Origin: an uncultured Chitinophaga sp.
GTDB lineage: Bacteria; Pseudomonadota; Gammaproteobacteria; Burkholderiales; Burkholderiaceae_C
Length of the DNA: 54,129 nucleotides
Assembly (NCBI GenBank): GCA_964547895.1
Contig: CAZJQH010000001.1
Coordinates: forward strand, 1 to 54,129
Direction: 5' to 3'
The notes beneath the pieces are model-generated. The model was not told the origin of the DNA, made no database searches, and was given only the letters and a program-made list of their open reading frames with translations. Positions 31,869 to 42,278 of the stretch are shown in pieces. The position numbers and the translations under genes were made by a program. Numbering within the stretch: the first letter of the stretch is position 1; every line of letters starts with the position of its first letter.

Positions 31869-33050
31869 TCAGTGGCGCACCGGGCCGGCGACAACCGGCG
31901 CCTTCATTGGCCAGGCCAGCAGCAGCCAGAGCAGGGTCAGCGCCGCGCAGGCCATGAAGATGCCGACACTGCCCTGGGCCTTGGCCAGCCAGCCGCCGAC
32001 CGCGCCGCCGACGAAGAAGCCGAGAGACTGCAGCGTGTTGTAGACCCCGAGCGCCGTGCCACGGTGGGCCGGCTCGGCCAGCCGCGAGACCAGGCTGGGC
32101 TGGCTGGCCTCGAGCATGTTGAAACCGGTGAAGAACAGGCACAGCAGCGCGGCCACCGCCCAGACCGAGGCCGAGTCGCCCAGCGCCAGCAAGGACAGCT
32201 GCACCAGCAGGATCAGCCCGATCGAGAACAGGAACACCGCGCGCAGATGGCCCTTGCGCTCGAGCCGGAACAGCACGCCGCCCATGACCAGGAAAGACAG
32301 CACAACCGCCGGCAGGTAGACCTGCCAGTGCTGGCCCGCTGCCAGGCCAGCCTGCACCAGCACGGCCGGCACCGCCATCCACAGCGCCAGCTGGACCGCG
32401 TGCAGTGCAAAGACGCCAAAGTCGAGCCGCAGCAGCCCCGGGTGCGCCAGCACCTGGCGCAGGCCGCCACGACCGGCCTTGCGCTGCAGCGCCGGCTCGG
32501 CCGGCACCACCCAGGCCACGATCGCCATGCCGGCCAGCGCCAGCGCGGTCGTCAGGCCGAACAGGCCGCGCAGGCCGATCTGCTCCGCCAGCAGCGGCGA
32601 CAGCACCAGCGAGAGCGCGAACATCAGCGCGATGCTGACGCCGACCAGGGCCATCGCCTTGGTGCGCACGCTGTCGCGCGTGCTGTCGGCGATCAGGGCC
32701 GTCACCGCCGCCGAGATCGCACCCGCGCCCTGGATCGCGCGGCCCGCGATCAGCCACTGCACGCTGGGGGCCCAGACCGCGATGGCGCTGCCAAGCGCGA
32801 ACAGCGCCAGACCGGCCAGGATCACCGGCTTGCGCCCGAGCCGGTCCGACGCCATGCCGAACGGGATCTGCAGCAGCGCCTGGCTCAGGCCATAGACGCC
32901 CATGGCCAGGCCGACCAGGGCCGCATCGTCGCCGCCGGGGTAGCGCCGCGCCTCGAGCGCGAACACCGGCAGCACGATGAAGAGCCCGAGCATGCGCAGG
33001 GCAAAGATGAGGGCAAGCGAGACGCTGGCGCGGCGCTCGCTGGCGGTCAT
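31869..33050 (-). CDS. MFS transporter, YajR-like
   Basis: ERRASVSLALIFALRMLGLF, QIPFGMASDRLGRKPVI, QGAGAISAA, FNMLEASQPSLVS, GTALGVYNT; start could be ~30 nt further upstream. Confidence 0.9.
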   Translation of the reverse strand: MTASERRASVSLALIFALRMLGLFIVLPVFALEARRYPGGDDAALVGLAMGVYGLSQALLQIPFGMASDRLGRKPVILAGLALFALGSAIAVWAPSVQWLIAGRAIQGAGAISAAVTALIADSTRDSVRTKAMALVGVSIALMFALSLVLSPLLAEQIGLRGLFGLTTALALAGMAIVAWVVPAEPALQRKAGRGGLRQVLAHPGLLRLDFGVFALHAVQLALWMAVPAVLVQAGLAAGQHWQVYLPAVVLSFLVMGGVLFRLERKGHLRAVFLFSIGLILLVQLSLLALGDSASVWAVAALLCLFFTGFNMLEASQPSLVSRLAEPAHRGTALGVYNTLQSLGFFVGGAVGGWLAKAQGSVGIFMACAALTLLWLLLAWPMKAPVVAGPVRH

Positions 33051-33190
33051 GCGGTTGGGATCGGTCTGGATGGCGGACACGGGATGGTTGGCGGACGGCC
33101 AGGGCCGCCCGCAGCTGATGAGCGGCGAAGCCGCCATTTTCGCTCAAGCGCCGTGCCGCCGCTGCCGGCAGCAGCAGCACGAAGACCGGA

Positions 33191-33868
33191 TCAGGCCAGC
33201 TCGGCGCGCATGTGGTCGATCACGGCCTTGTAGTCGGTCTGGCCGAAGATCGCGCTGCCGGCGACGAAGGTGTCGGCGCCCGCATCGGCGACGCCGCGGA
33301 TGTTGGACGCCTTGATGCCGCCGTCGACCTCGAGCCGGATGTCCTTGCCGCAGGCGTCGATGCGCTTGCGCACAGCCTCGATCTTGCGCAGCGCGGAATC
33401 GATGAAGCCCTGGCCGCCGAAGCCAGGGTTGACGCTCATGATCAGGATCAGGTCGATGTCGTCGATCACCCAGTCCAGCACGTCGAGCGGCTCGGCCGGG
33501 TTGAACACCAGGCCGGCCTTGACGCCGCGCGCCTTGATCGCCTGGATGCTGCGGTGCACATGGGTCGAGGCGTCGGGGTGGAAGCTGATCAGGTCGGCGC
33601 CGGCATCGGCGAAGTCGGACGCCAGCGCGTCGACCGGGCTGACCATCAGGTGCACGTCGATCGGCGCCGGCGTGCCGTCGGGCTTGAAGGCGTGCTTCTT
33701 GAGCGCCTTGCAGACCATCGGGCCGAAGGTCAGGTTGGGGACGTAATGGTTGTCCATCACGTCGAAGTGGATCCAGTCGGCGCCAGCGGCCAGCACATGG
33801 CGGACCTCCTCGCCCAGACGGGCGAAGTCGGCCGAGAGGATGGAAGGGGCGATGCGGTAAGTGCTCAT
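33191..33868 (-). CDS. rpe: Ribulose-phosphate 3-epimerase
   Basis: [54 protein letters not shown]. Confidence 0.98.
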   Translation of the reverse strand: MSTYRIAPSILSADFARLGEEVRHVLAAGADWIHFDVMDNHYVPNLTFGPMVCKALKKHAFKPDGTPAPIDVHLMVSPVDALASDFADAGADLISFHPDASTHVHRSIQAIKARGVKAGLVFNPAEPLDVLDWVIDDIDLILIMSVNPGFGGQGFIDSALRKIEAVRKRIDACGKDIRLEVDGGIKASNIRGVADAGADTFVAGSAIFGQTDYKAVIDHMRAELA

Positions 33869-33959
33869 GCGCGCGATTGTGGCAGCTTTGCCCGCGTCAC
33901 GGCCAGGGGGTGGCAGCCGGATCGCCATCAGACCGCGCGAAGCTGGTTAGCATAGGCGC

Positions 33960-34343
33960 ATGCCGCAATACATGTTCGACGTCCAGGTCAAGCCCGAATA
34001 CCTGCCCGCCCAGTCCTCCCCGATGGAGGACTCCTATGTGTTCGCCTACACGATCACGATCATGAACTCCGGTTCGGTCTCGGCGCAGCTGGTCTCGCGC
34101 CACTGGGAGATCGAGGACGCCTTCGGCGAGACCCAGGTCGTCGACGGCCTCGGCGTGGTCGGCCACCAGCCCCTGCTCGAACCCGGCCAGGCCTTCCAGT
34201 ACTCCAGCAGCGCGCGCCTGCACACCGCCATGGGCATCATGAGCGGCCATTATTTCTGCGTCGCGGTCGACGGTCACCGCTTCGAGGTGCCGGTCTCGCC
34301 TTTCGTGCTCAATGCCTTCCCGCCCGGAAGCGGCTCGCATTGA
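33960..34343 (+). CDS. apaG: ApaG protein
   Basis: YVFAYTITI, QLVSRHWEI, GLGVVGHQPLLEPGQAFQYSS. Confidence 0.95.
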   Translation: MPQYMFDVQVKPEYLPAQSSPMEDSYVFAYTITIMNSGSVSAQLVSRHWEIEDAFGETQVVDGLGVVGHQPLLEPGQAFQYSSSARLHTAMGIMSGHYFCVAVDGHRFEVPVSPFVLNAFPPGSGSH

Positions 34344-34354
34344 GAGGCGCTGAC

Positions 34355-36439
34355 ATGAAAAGGAGCAAGCACACGGCCGACACCCTGCTGGCGGAACTGG
34401 ACCCCGGCGCCACGCTGGCCGAGCGCCATCTCTGGCTGGTCGCCGTGGTCGACTGGCTGCGCGGCCCGGATGCCGATGTGCCGGCCACGCTCAAGCGGGT
34501 CGGCGAGCTGCTCGACGCGGCCGAGGCCGATCCCGCCTGGCTGGCGCGCTGGCGGCTCTGGTGGCGGCAGTTCCGCCAGGACGTCGACCTGACCCCGCTG
34601 CTGGCCGACTTCGGCTTTGCCTCGCAGGCGGCCTTCATGACCGAGCTCGGGCACCGGATCCGGCACAAGCTGCTGCCAAGCTCGCCGCTGACCACCGACA
34701 TCACCGAACTGTTCGGCCTGCTGTTCCACGACCCGCTCGATGCGCGCTGGCTGGCCGCGCTGCCGCCGCGCCAGCTCGAGCGCATCGGCATGCTGCTGGC
34801 ACCGGAACCGGAACTGGCGACGGCAGACGGCGCCCGCCCCGACAGCAGGCTGAGCGACTGGGAGCAGACGCTGATCGACGCCCTGTCCTTCTGCGTCAGC
34901 CAGATCAGCGCCACCGGCTTTCGGCCCGAACTGCGCTCGCGCATGTCGAACGAGGCGCGCCGGGCGCGCAGCTTCCACGAGCTGCCGATCGCGCTGGAGG
35001 ACTTCCGCCGCGCCGCGGCCAGCCATGGCCTGGCCAGCGCCGAGGCGCAGGCCCAGCTGCCCGAACTGCACCAACTGCTGGACCAGGCGCGCCAGGCCGC
35101 CTATTCGGTCTACGCCCACCTCGAGGAGCATGGCATCTCGGTCGGCATCGTGTTCCGGCTGCGCCAGCTGCGCGAGCGCGTGCTGCGCGCCGCCACCCTG
35201 CTCGACTGCCTCATGTCCGAGCAGCGGCCGCGCACCACGGCCCGCTTCGTCGCCCGGCTGGTGGAAGTCGGGCACGAGAGCCGCAGCATCCGCACCCTGG
35301 TCGCCAGCAGCACCGAACTCACGGCCGCCCGGGTGGCCGAGCGCAGCGCGGAGACCGGCGAACACTACATCACCCGCAACTGGGACGAATACCGCGACAT
35401 GCTGCTGCGCGCCGGCGGCGGCGGTGCCGTGCTCGGCTTCACGACCTGGTTCAAGTTCCTGCTCGGCGGGCTGGCGCTGTCGGCGTTCTGGGGCGGACTG
35501 GCCGCCGGGCTGAACTACGCGATCGCCTTCGTGCTGATCCAGATGCTGCACCTGACGGTAGCCACCAAGCAGCCGGCCGTGACGGCGCCGGCCATGGTCG
35601 CCAAGCTGCGGGAGCTGCGCTCGCGCGAAGGGGTGCTGCGCTTCGTCGACGAGGTCGCCCACCTGTTCCGCTCCCAGGTGGCGGCCATCGTCGGCAACCT
35701 GGCGCTGGTGATACCGGTGGTCGGGCTGATCAGCCTGGGCCTCTGGCTGACGACCGACTCGCCGATGCTGACGCCCGAGCAGGCACGCTACGTGCTCGAT
35801 GGCCATCAGCTGCTAGGGCCGACGCTGCTGTTTGCCGCCCTGACCGGCCTGCTGCTGTTTGCCAGCAGCATCATCGCGGGCTGGGTCGAGAACTGGTTCG
35901 TGCTGCACAAGCTGGACTCGGCGATCGCCTACAACCCGAGCTTCAGCCGGCGCCTGGGCAAGCGCCTGGCGCAACGCTGCAGCCTGTTCATGCGCGCCCA
36001 TGTCTCGGGCCTGGCCGCCAACATCTCGCTCGGCCTGTTGCTGGGGCTGGTGCCGGCGGTCGCCGGCTTCTTCGGACTGCCGGTCGAGGTGCGCCACGTG
36101 ACCCTGGTCACGGGCCAGATCACGGCCGCGGCGGCGACGCTGGGCTGGAGCGTGCTGCTGGAGCCGGCCTTCTGGTCGGCGGTGGCCGCCACGCTGCTGG
36201 TCGGGCCGATCAACCTGGCGGTGAGCTTCTACCTCGCCTTCCGGCTCGCGCTCAAGGCCCAGGGCGTCAGCGAGGTCAACCGCGAACGCATCCAGGGCGC
36301 CATCCGCCATCGACTGCGCCGCGCGCCGCTGAGCTTCCTCTGGCCGGTCAGCGCCCAGCAGGAAGCCCAGGCGCACGCCGACATCGACCTCACAGGAACC
36401 GAAACCAACGAGGAGCCGCCATCCGATGGGCGAGTTTGA
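34355..36439 (+). CDS. Gcr/'site-specific recombinase'-family polytopic membrane protein (function doubtful)
   Basis: TGEHYITR, GGGAVLG, GLNYAIAFV, TVATKQPAVTA, FRSQVAAIVGN, EVRHVTL; several TM helices in the C-terminal half. Confidence 0.8.
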   Translation: MKRSKHTADTLLAELDPGATLAERHLWLVAVVDWLRGPDADVPATLKRVGELLDAAEADPAWLARWRLWWRQFRQDVDLTPLLADFGFASQAAFMTELGHRIRHKLLPSSPLTTDITELFGLLFHDPLDARWLAALPPRQLERIGMLLAPEPELATADGARPDSRLSDWEQTLIDALSFCVSQISATGFRPELRSRMSNEARRARSFHELPIALEDFRRAAASHGLASAEAQAQLPELHQLLDQARQAAYSVYAHLEEHGISVGIVFRLRQLRERVLRAATLLDCLMSEQRPRTTARFVARLVEVGHESRSIRTLVASSTELTAARVAERSAETGEHYITRNWDEYRDMLLRAGGGGAVLGFTTWFKFLLGGLALSAFWGGLAAGLNYAIAFVLIQMLHLTVATKQPAVTAPAMVAKLRELRSREGVLRFVDEVAHLFRSQVAAIVGNLALVIPVVGLISLGLWLTTDSPMLTPEQARYVLDGHQLLGPTLLFAALTGLLLFASSIIAGWVENWFVLHKLDSAIAYNPSFSRRLGKRLAQRCSLFMRAHVSGLAANISLGLLLGLVPAVAGFFGLPVEVRHVTLVTGQITAAAATLGWSVLLEPAFWSAVAATLLVGPINLAVSFYLAFRLALKAQGVSEVNRERIQGAIRHRLRRAPLSFLWPVSAQQEAQAHADIDLTGTETNEEPPSDGRV

Positions 36440-37397
36440 ACTGATCCGCCGCTACTTCGATCGTCCTGGCCCCGCCGCGCCCGGCGTGGTGCTCGGCGTC
36501 GGCGACGACTGCGCGCTGCTGCAGCCCGCCGCCGGCCAGCGGCTCGCGATCTCGACCGACATGCTGGTAGAGGGTCGGCATTTCTTCCCCGATGTCGATC
36601 CGGCCGCGCTAGGCCACAAGGCGCTGGCGGTCAACCTGAGCGACCTTGCCGCAATGGGTGCCAGGCCGCTCGGGTTCACGCTGGCGCTCGCGCTGCCCGC
36701 TGCCGACGAAGCCTGGCTGGACGCCTTCAGCCGCGGCCTGTTCGCGCTCGCCGACGCCGCCGCCTGTCCGCTGGTCGGCGGCGACACTACCAGGGGACCG
36801 CTGAACCTGTGCATCACCGTGTTCGGCCAGGTGCCGCCGGGACAGGAGCTGCGCCGCAGCGGCGCCGGCGCCGGCGACGAGGTCTGGGTCAGCGGCAGCC
36901 TGGGCGATGCGCGCCTGGCCCTCGAAGCCTTGCTGGGCGAGTGCGAGCTGGATCCCGCAGTGCTGGCGCGCGTGCGCCTGCGGCTCGAGCGCCCGACACC
37001 CCGGCTCGCGCTCGGCATGGCGCTGCGCGGCATCGCCAGCGCGGCAGCCGATGTCAGCGACGGCCTCTGCGGCGACCTCGGCCATATACTGGAGGCTTCC
37101 GGCGTCGGCGCCGAACTCGAGCTCGACGCGCTGCTCGCAGCGGGCGCCTTGAGCGACGACCTCAGGACCCGACCGCTGCTGCAGCAGCAGCGCTGCGCGC
37201 TGGCCGGCGGCGACGACTACGAACTCGTCTTCACCGCGCCGGCCGGCCTGCGGCAAGCCGTGCTGCAAGCCGCCCGCAGCGCCGCCACGCCGGTGACCAG
37301 GCTGGGCCGCATCACGGCACAGCCCGGCCTGCGCTGGCTCGACCACGAGGGCCGGGCCGCCTCGCTGCAGCTGTCCAGTTTCGACCATTTCGCCTGA
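36426..37397 (+). CDS. thiL: Thiamine-monophosphate kinase
   Basis: MGEFELIRRYF, GVGDDCA, DMLVEGRHF, AVNLSDLAAMGA, GGDTTRG, DVSDGL, GGDDYEL. Confidence 0.97.
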   Translation: MGEFELIRRYFDRPGPAAPGVVLGVGDDCALLQPAAGQRLAISTDMLVEGRHFFPDVDPAALGHKALAVNLSDLAAMGARPLGFTLALALPAADEAWLDAFSRGLFALADAAACPLVGGDTTRGPLNLCITVFGQVPPGQELRRSGAGAGDEVWVSGSLGDARLALEALLGECELDPAVLARVRLRLERPTPRLALGMALRGIASAAADVSDGLCGDLGHILEASGVGAELELDALLAAGALSDDLRTRPLLQQQRCALAGGDDYELVFTAPAGLRQAVLQAARSAATPVTRLGRITAQPGLRWLDHEGRAASLQLSSFDHFA

Positions 37398-37404
37398 ACC
37401 CGTC

Positions 37405-38265
37405 ATGAGCCAGACCTCAGCCCCGTCCCGTGACTCAGCGTCACTCGTCCTGCTGCGCGACGGCGCCGACGGCATCGAGGTGCTGCTGCTGCGCCGCCAT
37501 GCCGACACCCGGGTGCTTGGCGGCGTCTACGTCTTTCCGGGCGGCAAGCTGGATCCGGACGACTGCAGCGCCGACGCCCTCGCCGCGCTCGACCTCGACG
37601 CCGAAGTGCTGCGCGAGCGCCTGCACGAGCCCGACCTGCCCCCGGAAAAGGCCGCCGGCCTGCACACCGCGGCGCTGCGCGAGACGCTGGAGGAGTCAGG
37701 CCTGCTGCTCGCCGACGGCGCCGACGCCCAGGCCAGGCAGGCACTGGAGGACCGCCTGGCCGCCGGCGAGCCACTGGCCGACGCCATGGCCGCGCTCGGC
37801 CTGCGCTGGCAGGCCAGCGCCATCCTGCCCTGGGCGCGCTGGATCACGCCCGACCATCCGGCCGCCGGCCCGCGCTTCGACACCCGCTTCTTCCTGGCCC
37901 GGCTGCCAGCCGGCCAGCAGGCCCGCCACGACGGCTACGAGGCCACCGAGGCGGTCTGGCTGACGCCGCGCGCGGCGCTCGAGCGCCATGCCACGCGCGA
38001 GCTCGACCTGGTACCGCCCCAGCTCATGAGCCTGGTCCAGCTCTGCCGCCATGCCGACGTCGCCAGCGCCTGGAACGAGGCGCTGGCCGCCCGACCGCCG
38101 CGCATCCAGCCCGAGGCCTGCGAGGTCGATGGCGAACGCATCGTCTGCTACCCCGGCGACCCGCTCCACTCCATCCCCGAGCGCGCCCTGCTTGGGCCCA
38201 CCCGGCTGCGCTGGCTGCAGCGCCGCTTCGAGCCGATCGGCGGCTTCGCCTCCTGGTTCGACTGA
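37405..38265 (+). CDS. Nudix hydrolase, NUDT19-like (split Nudix box)
   Basis: VFPGGKLD...AALRETLEESG, WARWITP, RFDTRFF. Confidence 0.85.
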   Translation: MSQTSAPSRDSASLVLLRDGADGIEVLLLRRHADTRVLGGVYVFPGGKLDPDDCSADALAALDLDAEVLRERLHEPDLPPEKAAGLHTAALRETLEESGLLLADGADAQARQALEDRLAAGEPLADAMAALGLRWQASAILPWARWITPDHPAAGPRFDTRFFLARLPAGQQARHDGYEATEAVWLTPRAALERHATRELDLVPPQLMSLVQLCRHADVASAWNEALAARPPRIQPEACEVDGERIVCYPGDPLHSIPERALLGPTRLRWLQRRFEPIGGFASWFD

Positions 38266-38278
38266 ACTCAAACCCTGC

Positions 38279-38818
38279 ATGCAACCCGCCTTCAAGCCTT
38301 TTCCCCGCCGCGACGATCCCGCGCGGCCCGACAGCCGCTTCCTGTTCTCGCGCCTGTCGCACCTGATCGCGCTCGGCTTCGGCTCCGGGCTGAGCCGGCT
38401 CGCGCCCGGCACCATCGGCACGCTCTGGGCCTGGGTCGCCTTCCTGCTGATCGACCGGCTGGCCCAGCCCGGCGACCAGGGCTGGGCGCTGATCATCGGC
38501 GCCACGCTGCTGGCCGGCTGGTGGGCCAGCGTCGCCACCGTGCGCCGCACCGGCATCGCCGACCCCGGCTACATCGTGATCGACGAGATCGTCGCCTTCT
38601 GGCTGGTGCTCTGGCTGGCCGCGCCAGTCGGCTTCTGGGGCCAGTTCTGGGCCTTCTGGCTGTTCCGCTACTTCGACGCCGCCAAGCCCGGCCCGGTGCG
38701 CTGGGCCGACCAGGCCTTCAAGGGCTGGGGCTGGCGCGGCGGCTGGGGCATCATGTTCGACGATCTGGTCGCAGCCGCCTGCACCTTGCTGCTGATCGCC
38801 TTCTGGCGCTGGCTCTGA
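38279..38818 (+). CDS. pgpA: Phosphatidylglycerophosphatase A
   Basis: GFGSGLSRLAPGTIGTL, DPGYIVIDE, FRYFDAAKP, GGWGIMFDD. Confidence 0.95.
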   Translation: MQPAFKPFPRRDDPARPDSRFLFSRLSHLIALGFGSGLSRLAPGTIGTLWAWVAFLLIDRLAQPGDQGWALIIGATLLAGWWASVATVRRTGIADPGYIVIDEIVAFWLVLWLAAPVGFWGQFWAFWLFRYFDAAKPGPVRWADQAFKGWGWRGGWGIMFDDLVAAACTLLLIAFWRWL

Positions 38819-38846
38819 ACCCGCCTGCCCTCTCGCCCTTGCACCG

Positions 38847-39344
38847 ATGAGAACCGACTCCCCCGAGATCCTGGACCTCTGCGAACGCCTGGCCCTGGCG
38901 CTGAAAAACCGGGGCTGGATGATGGCTACCGCCGAAAGCTGCACCGGCGGCCTGATCGCCGCCAGCTGCACCGGCCTGAGCGGCTCGAGCGACTGGTTCG
39001 AGCGCGGCTTCGTCACCTATTCCAACGCGGCCAAAACCGATCAGCTCGACGTGCCGGCCGACCTGATCGCAGCGCACGGTGCCGTCAGCGAGCCGGTCGC
39101 GCGCGCGATGGCGCTGGGTGCGCTCGCACATTCGCGGGCCCAGGTCAGCGTGGCCGTCACCGGCGTGGCCGGCCCCAGCGGCGGCAGTCCGGAAAAACCG
39201 GTCGGCACGGTCTGGTTCGGCTGGACTGTCCAAGGCCAGGCCTGGACCGAGCGCTTGCGCTTCGATGGCGACCGCGATGCGGTGCGGGCCGCCACGGTGT
39301 GCCATGCGCTGCAAGGGCTGCTGGGGCGGCTGGCTGCGGCGTGA
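38847..39344 (+). CDS. pncC: CinA C-terminal / NMN deamidase
   Basis: ATAESCTGG, GSSDWFERGFVTYSN, HGAVSE, TGVAGPSGGS.EKPVGTVW. Confidence 0.9.
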   Translation: MRTDSPEILDLCERLALALKNRGWMMATAESCTGGLIAASCTGLSGSSDWFERGFVTYSNAAKTDQLDVPADLIAAHGAVSEPVARAMALGALAHSRAQVSVAVTGVAGPSGGSPEKPVGTVWFGWTVQGQAWTERLRFDGDRDAVRAATVCHALQGLLGRLAAA

Positions 39345-39359
39345 ATCCGCGCCAGGCCC

Positions 39360-39746
39360 TCAAGGCAAGGGCCGCAGCGGCTCGGCAGCCGCGAGGTGCG
39401 GATGCGGATGCTCGAGCAGCCGGATCACCTCCCTGACGATGCCCCACATCAGCGCCCGATCGCGGCTGGGATGCTCGGCAAGATAGACTCGGGTCGCGCC
39501 GATCTCGGCATGGTCCGGCTCATCCGCGGCATCGGGCGTCACGAAGCGGATCGACAGGCCGTAGCGCGCCAGCAGCGGCCCGCAGGCAGCCCAGTCGCGC
39601 GTCCAGGCCGGCAGTTTCTGCGCGCCATCCCAGAGCGTGCCGATGCTCTCGTAGCATTCCTCGATCTGGCGGTGGCCCAGCAGCTGCGCCAGATGGCGCT
39701 CCTTGGCAATGCAGCTGCGGAAATAGTCCTGGTCGCTGATGCGCAT
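39360..39746 (-). CDS. Hypothetical 128-aa protein
   Basis: Strong RBS GGAGGAG before ATG 39746; MRISDQDYFRSCIAKERHLA...PAWTRDWAACGPLLARYGLSI. Confidence 0.75.
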   Translation of the reverse strand: MRISDQDYFRSCIAKERHLAQLLGHRQIEECYESIGTLWDGAQKLPAWTRDWAACGPLLARYGLSIRFVTPDAADEPDHAEIGATRVYLAEHPSRDRALMWGIVREVIRLLEHPHPHLAAAEPLRPLP

Positions 39747-39802
39747 GGCGAGCTCCTCCACGATAATGCTGTGAACGATTGAACGCCCGCGCACGGCAGG
39801 CG

Positions 39803-41272
39803 TCAAGCCCTGGCCCCGAGCCGGTCGATCAGCACCGCGCTGGCCTGGTTGAGCCCGACCACCTCGACCTGACAGCCATGGTGGCGCAGCCGCTCCACCA
39901 CCTGCTCGAGCGCGGCCACCGCCGTGATGTCCCAGAAATGCGCGCGCGAGACGTCGATGCGCACCGGCCGCTGCTCGACGTCGAGGATGTCGAAGGCCTC
40001 CAGGAAGGCATCGGCCGAGGCAAAGAAGACCTGGCCCGTGACGCGCCAGGTACGCAGTCCCGTGACCTCGTCGTCCTCGGAGCGCACTTCGAGCATGCGC
40101 GAGACCTTGACCGCGAACAGCACGCCGCTCAGCAGCACGCCGACCCCGACGCCAGCGGCCAGGTTGTGGCTGGCGATGGTCACCACCACGGTCGCCAGCA
40201 TCACCGCGCTGGAGCTGCGCGGATGCACCACCAGCGTGCGCAGCGACTTCCAGTCGAAGGTCTCGGCCGACACCATCACCATGATCGCGACCAGCGCCAT
40301 CACCGGCACCTGCGACACCCAGGGCTTGAGCAGCACCATCAGCAGCAGCAGGAAGACACCGGCGAACAGGGTGGAGAGCCGGCCGCGGCCGCCGTACTTC
40401 ACGTTGCCGACCGCCTGGCCGATCATGCCGCAGCCCGCGATGCCGCCAAACAGGCTGGCCCCGATGTTGGCCAGCCCCAGGCCCGAGCATTCGCGGTTCT
40501 TGTCGCTCGGGGTCTCGGTCATCTCGTCGACCACGCGCGCAGTCAGCACCGACTCCAGCAAGCCGACCATGGCGATCGCCAGCGCCGGCAGCGCGATGAT
40601 GCGCAGCGTCTCGAGCGTGGCCGGCACCTCGGGCAGGGCAAAGCTGGGCAGGGATTCGGGCAGCTGGCCCAGGTCGGCCACCGTGGCCAGCGGCAGGCCC
40701 AGCGCCGAGCTCAAGACGGTCAGCGCCACGACGCAGATCAGCGGCGGCGGGACCAGCGTGAAGCCGCGCCAGGGCAGCAGCGGCAGGCCGTAGATCAGCG
40801 CCAGGCCCAGCGCCAGCATGGCCCAGCCGGCGCCGTTGGCCACCTGCAGATGCGGCCACTGCGCGGCAAAGATCAGCACCGCGAGCGCATTGACGAAGCC
40901 GGTGCGCACCGAGCTCGAGACGAAGCGCACCAGCACGCCCAGCCGCAGCAGGCCGAACAGCACCTGCACCAGCCCGGCCAGCAGTCCGGCCGCGAGCAGG
41001 TATTGCAGCCCGTGCGAGGCAACCAGCGGCGCGGCCACCAGCGCCACCGAGCCGGCCGCGGCCGACACCATGGCCGGGCGCCCGCCCGCGAACGCGATCA
41101 CCAGGCTGATGACGAAGGACGCGAACAGGCCGACCGCCGGATCGACGCCGGCGACGAAGGAGAACGCGATCACCTCGGGAATCAGCGCGAAGGTGGCGAC
41201 CGCGCCAGCCAGCAGCTCGCGCGGGATGCTGGGCGCCCATTCGGCGCGCAGGCGATGCAGGGAATGGATCAT
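39803..41272 (-). CDS. SulP-family anion transporter with STAS domain
   Basis: ALIPEVIAFS, GGRPAMVS, VGLLESVLTA, GCGMIGQ, STAS GQVFFAS...WDITAV. Confidence 0.93.
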   Translation of the reverse strand: MIHSLHRLRAEWAPSIPRELLAGAVATFALIPEVIAFSFVAGVDPAVGLFASFVISLVIAFAGGRPAMVSAAAGSVALVAAPLVASHGLQYLLAAGLLAGLVQVLFGLLRLGVLVRFVSSSVRTGFVNALAVLIFAAQWPHLQVANGAGWAMLALGLALIYGLPLLPWRGFTLVPPPLICVVALTVLSSALGLPLATVADLGQLPESLPSFALPEVPATLETLRIIALPALAIAMVGLLESVLTARVVDEMTETPSDKNRECSGLGLANIGASLFGGIAGCGMIGQAVGNVKYGGRGRLSTLFAGVFLLLLMVLLKPWVSQVPVMALVAIMVMVSAETFDWKSLRTLVVHPRSSSAVMLATVVVTIASHNLAAGVGVGVLLSGVLFAVKVSRMLEVRSEDDEVTGLRTWRVTGQVFFASADAFLEAFDILDVEQRPVRIDVSRAHFWDITAVAALEQVVERLRHHGCQVEVVGLNQASAVLIDRLGARA

Positions 41273-41283
41273 GGTGGCAAATC

Positions 41284-41317
41284 AAAAAGCCGGCGCCACC
41301 CCGAGGGCAGCACCGGC
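41284..41317 (-). terminator. Intrinsic terminator between the SEC-C gene and sulP
   Basis: Minus strand GCCGGTGCTGCCC-TCG-GGGTGGCGCCGGC-TTTTT. Confidence 0.7.
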
Positions 41318-41356
41318 ATTTCAGCCTGGAATCAGGCTAGCGAATCAGGGCCTGGA

Positions 41357-42160
<804 letters not shown>

Positions 42161-42278
42161 GCCCGGCAGTTTAGCCGGCCGCGGTGACCACGCCTAGGCA
42201 GGCGACGGCGATCGGCGCTAGACTGGATCGAAAGCGCCGGTGCGCCATGTCGTGCCAGCCAGTCGTCCAGGAGGAAGC

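Noticed and set aside
34355..36439. Mobile element or invertible DNA implied by the 'recombinase' family name
   Set aside because: No catalytic recombinase motifs, att sites or flanking inverted repeats seen; housekeeping context
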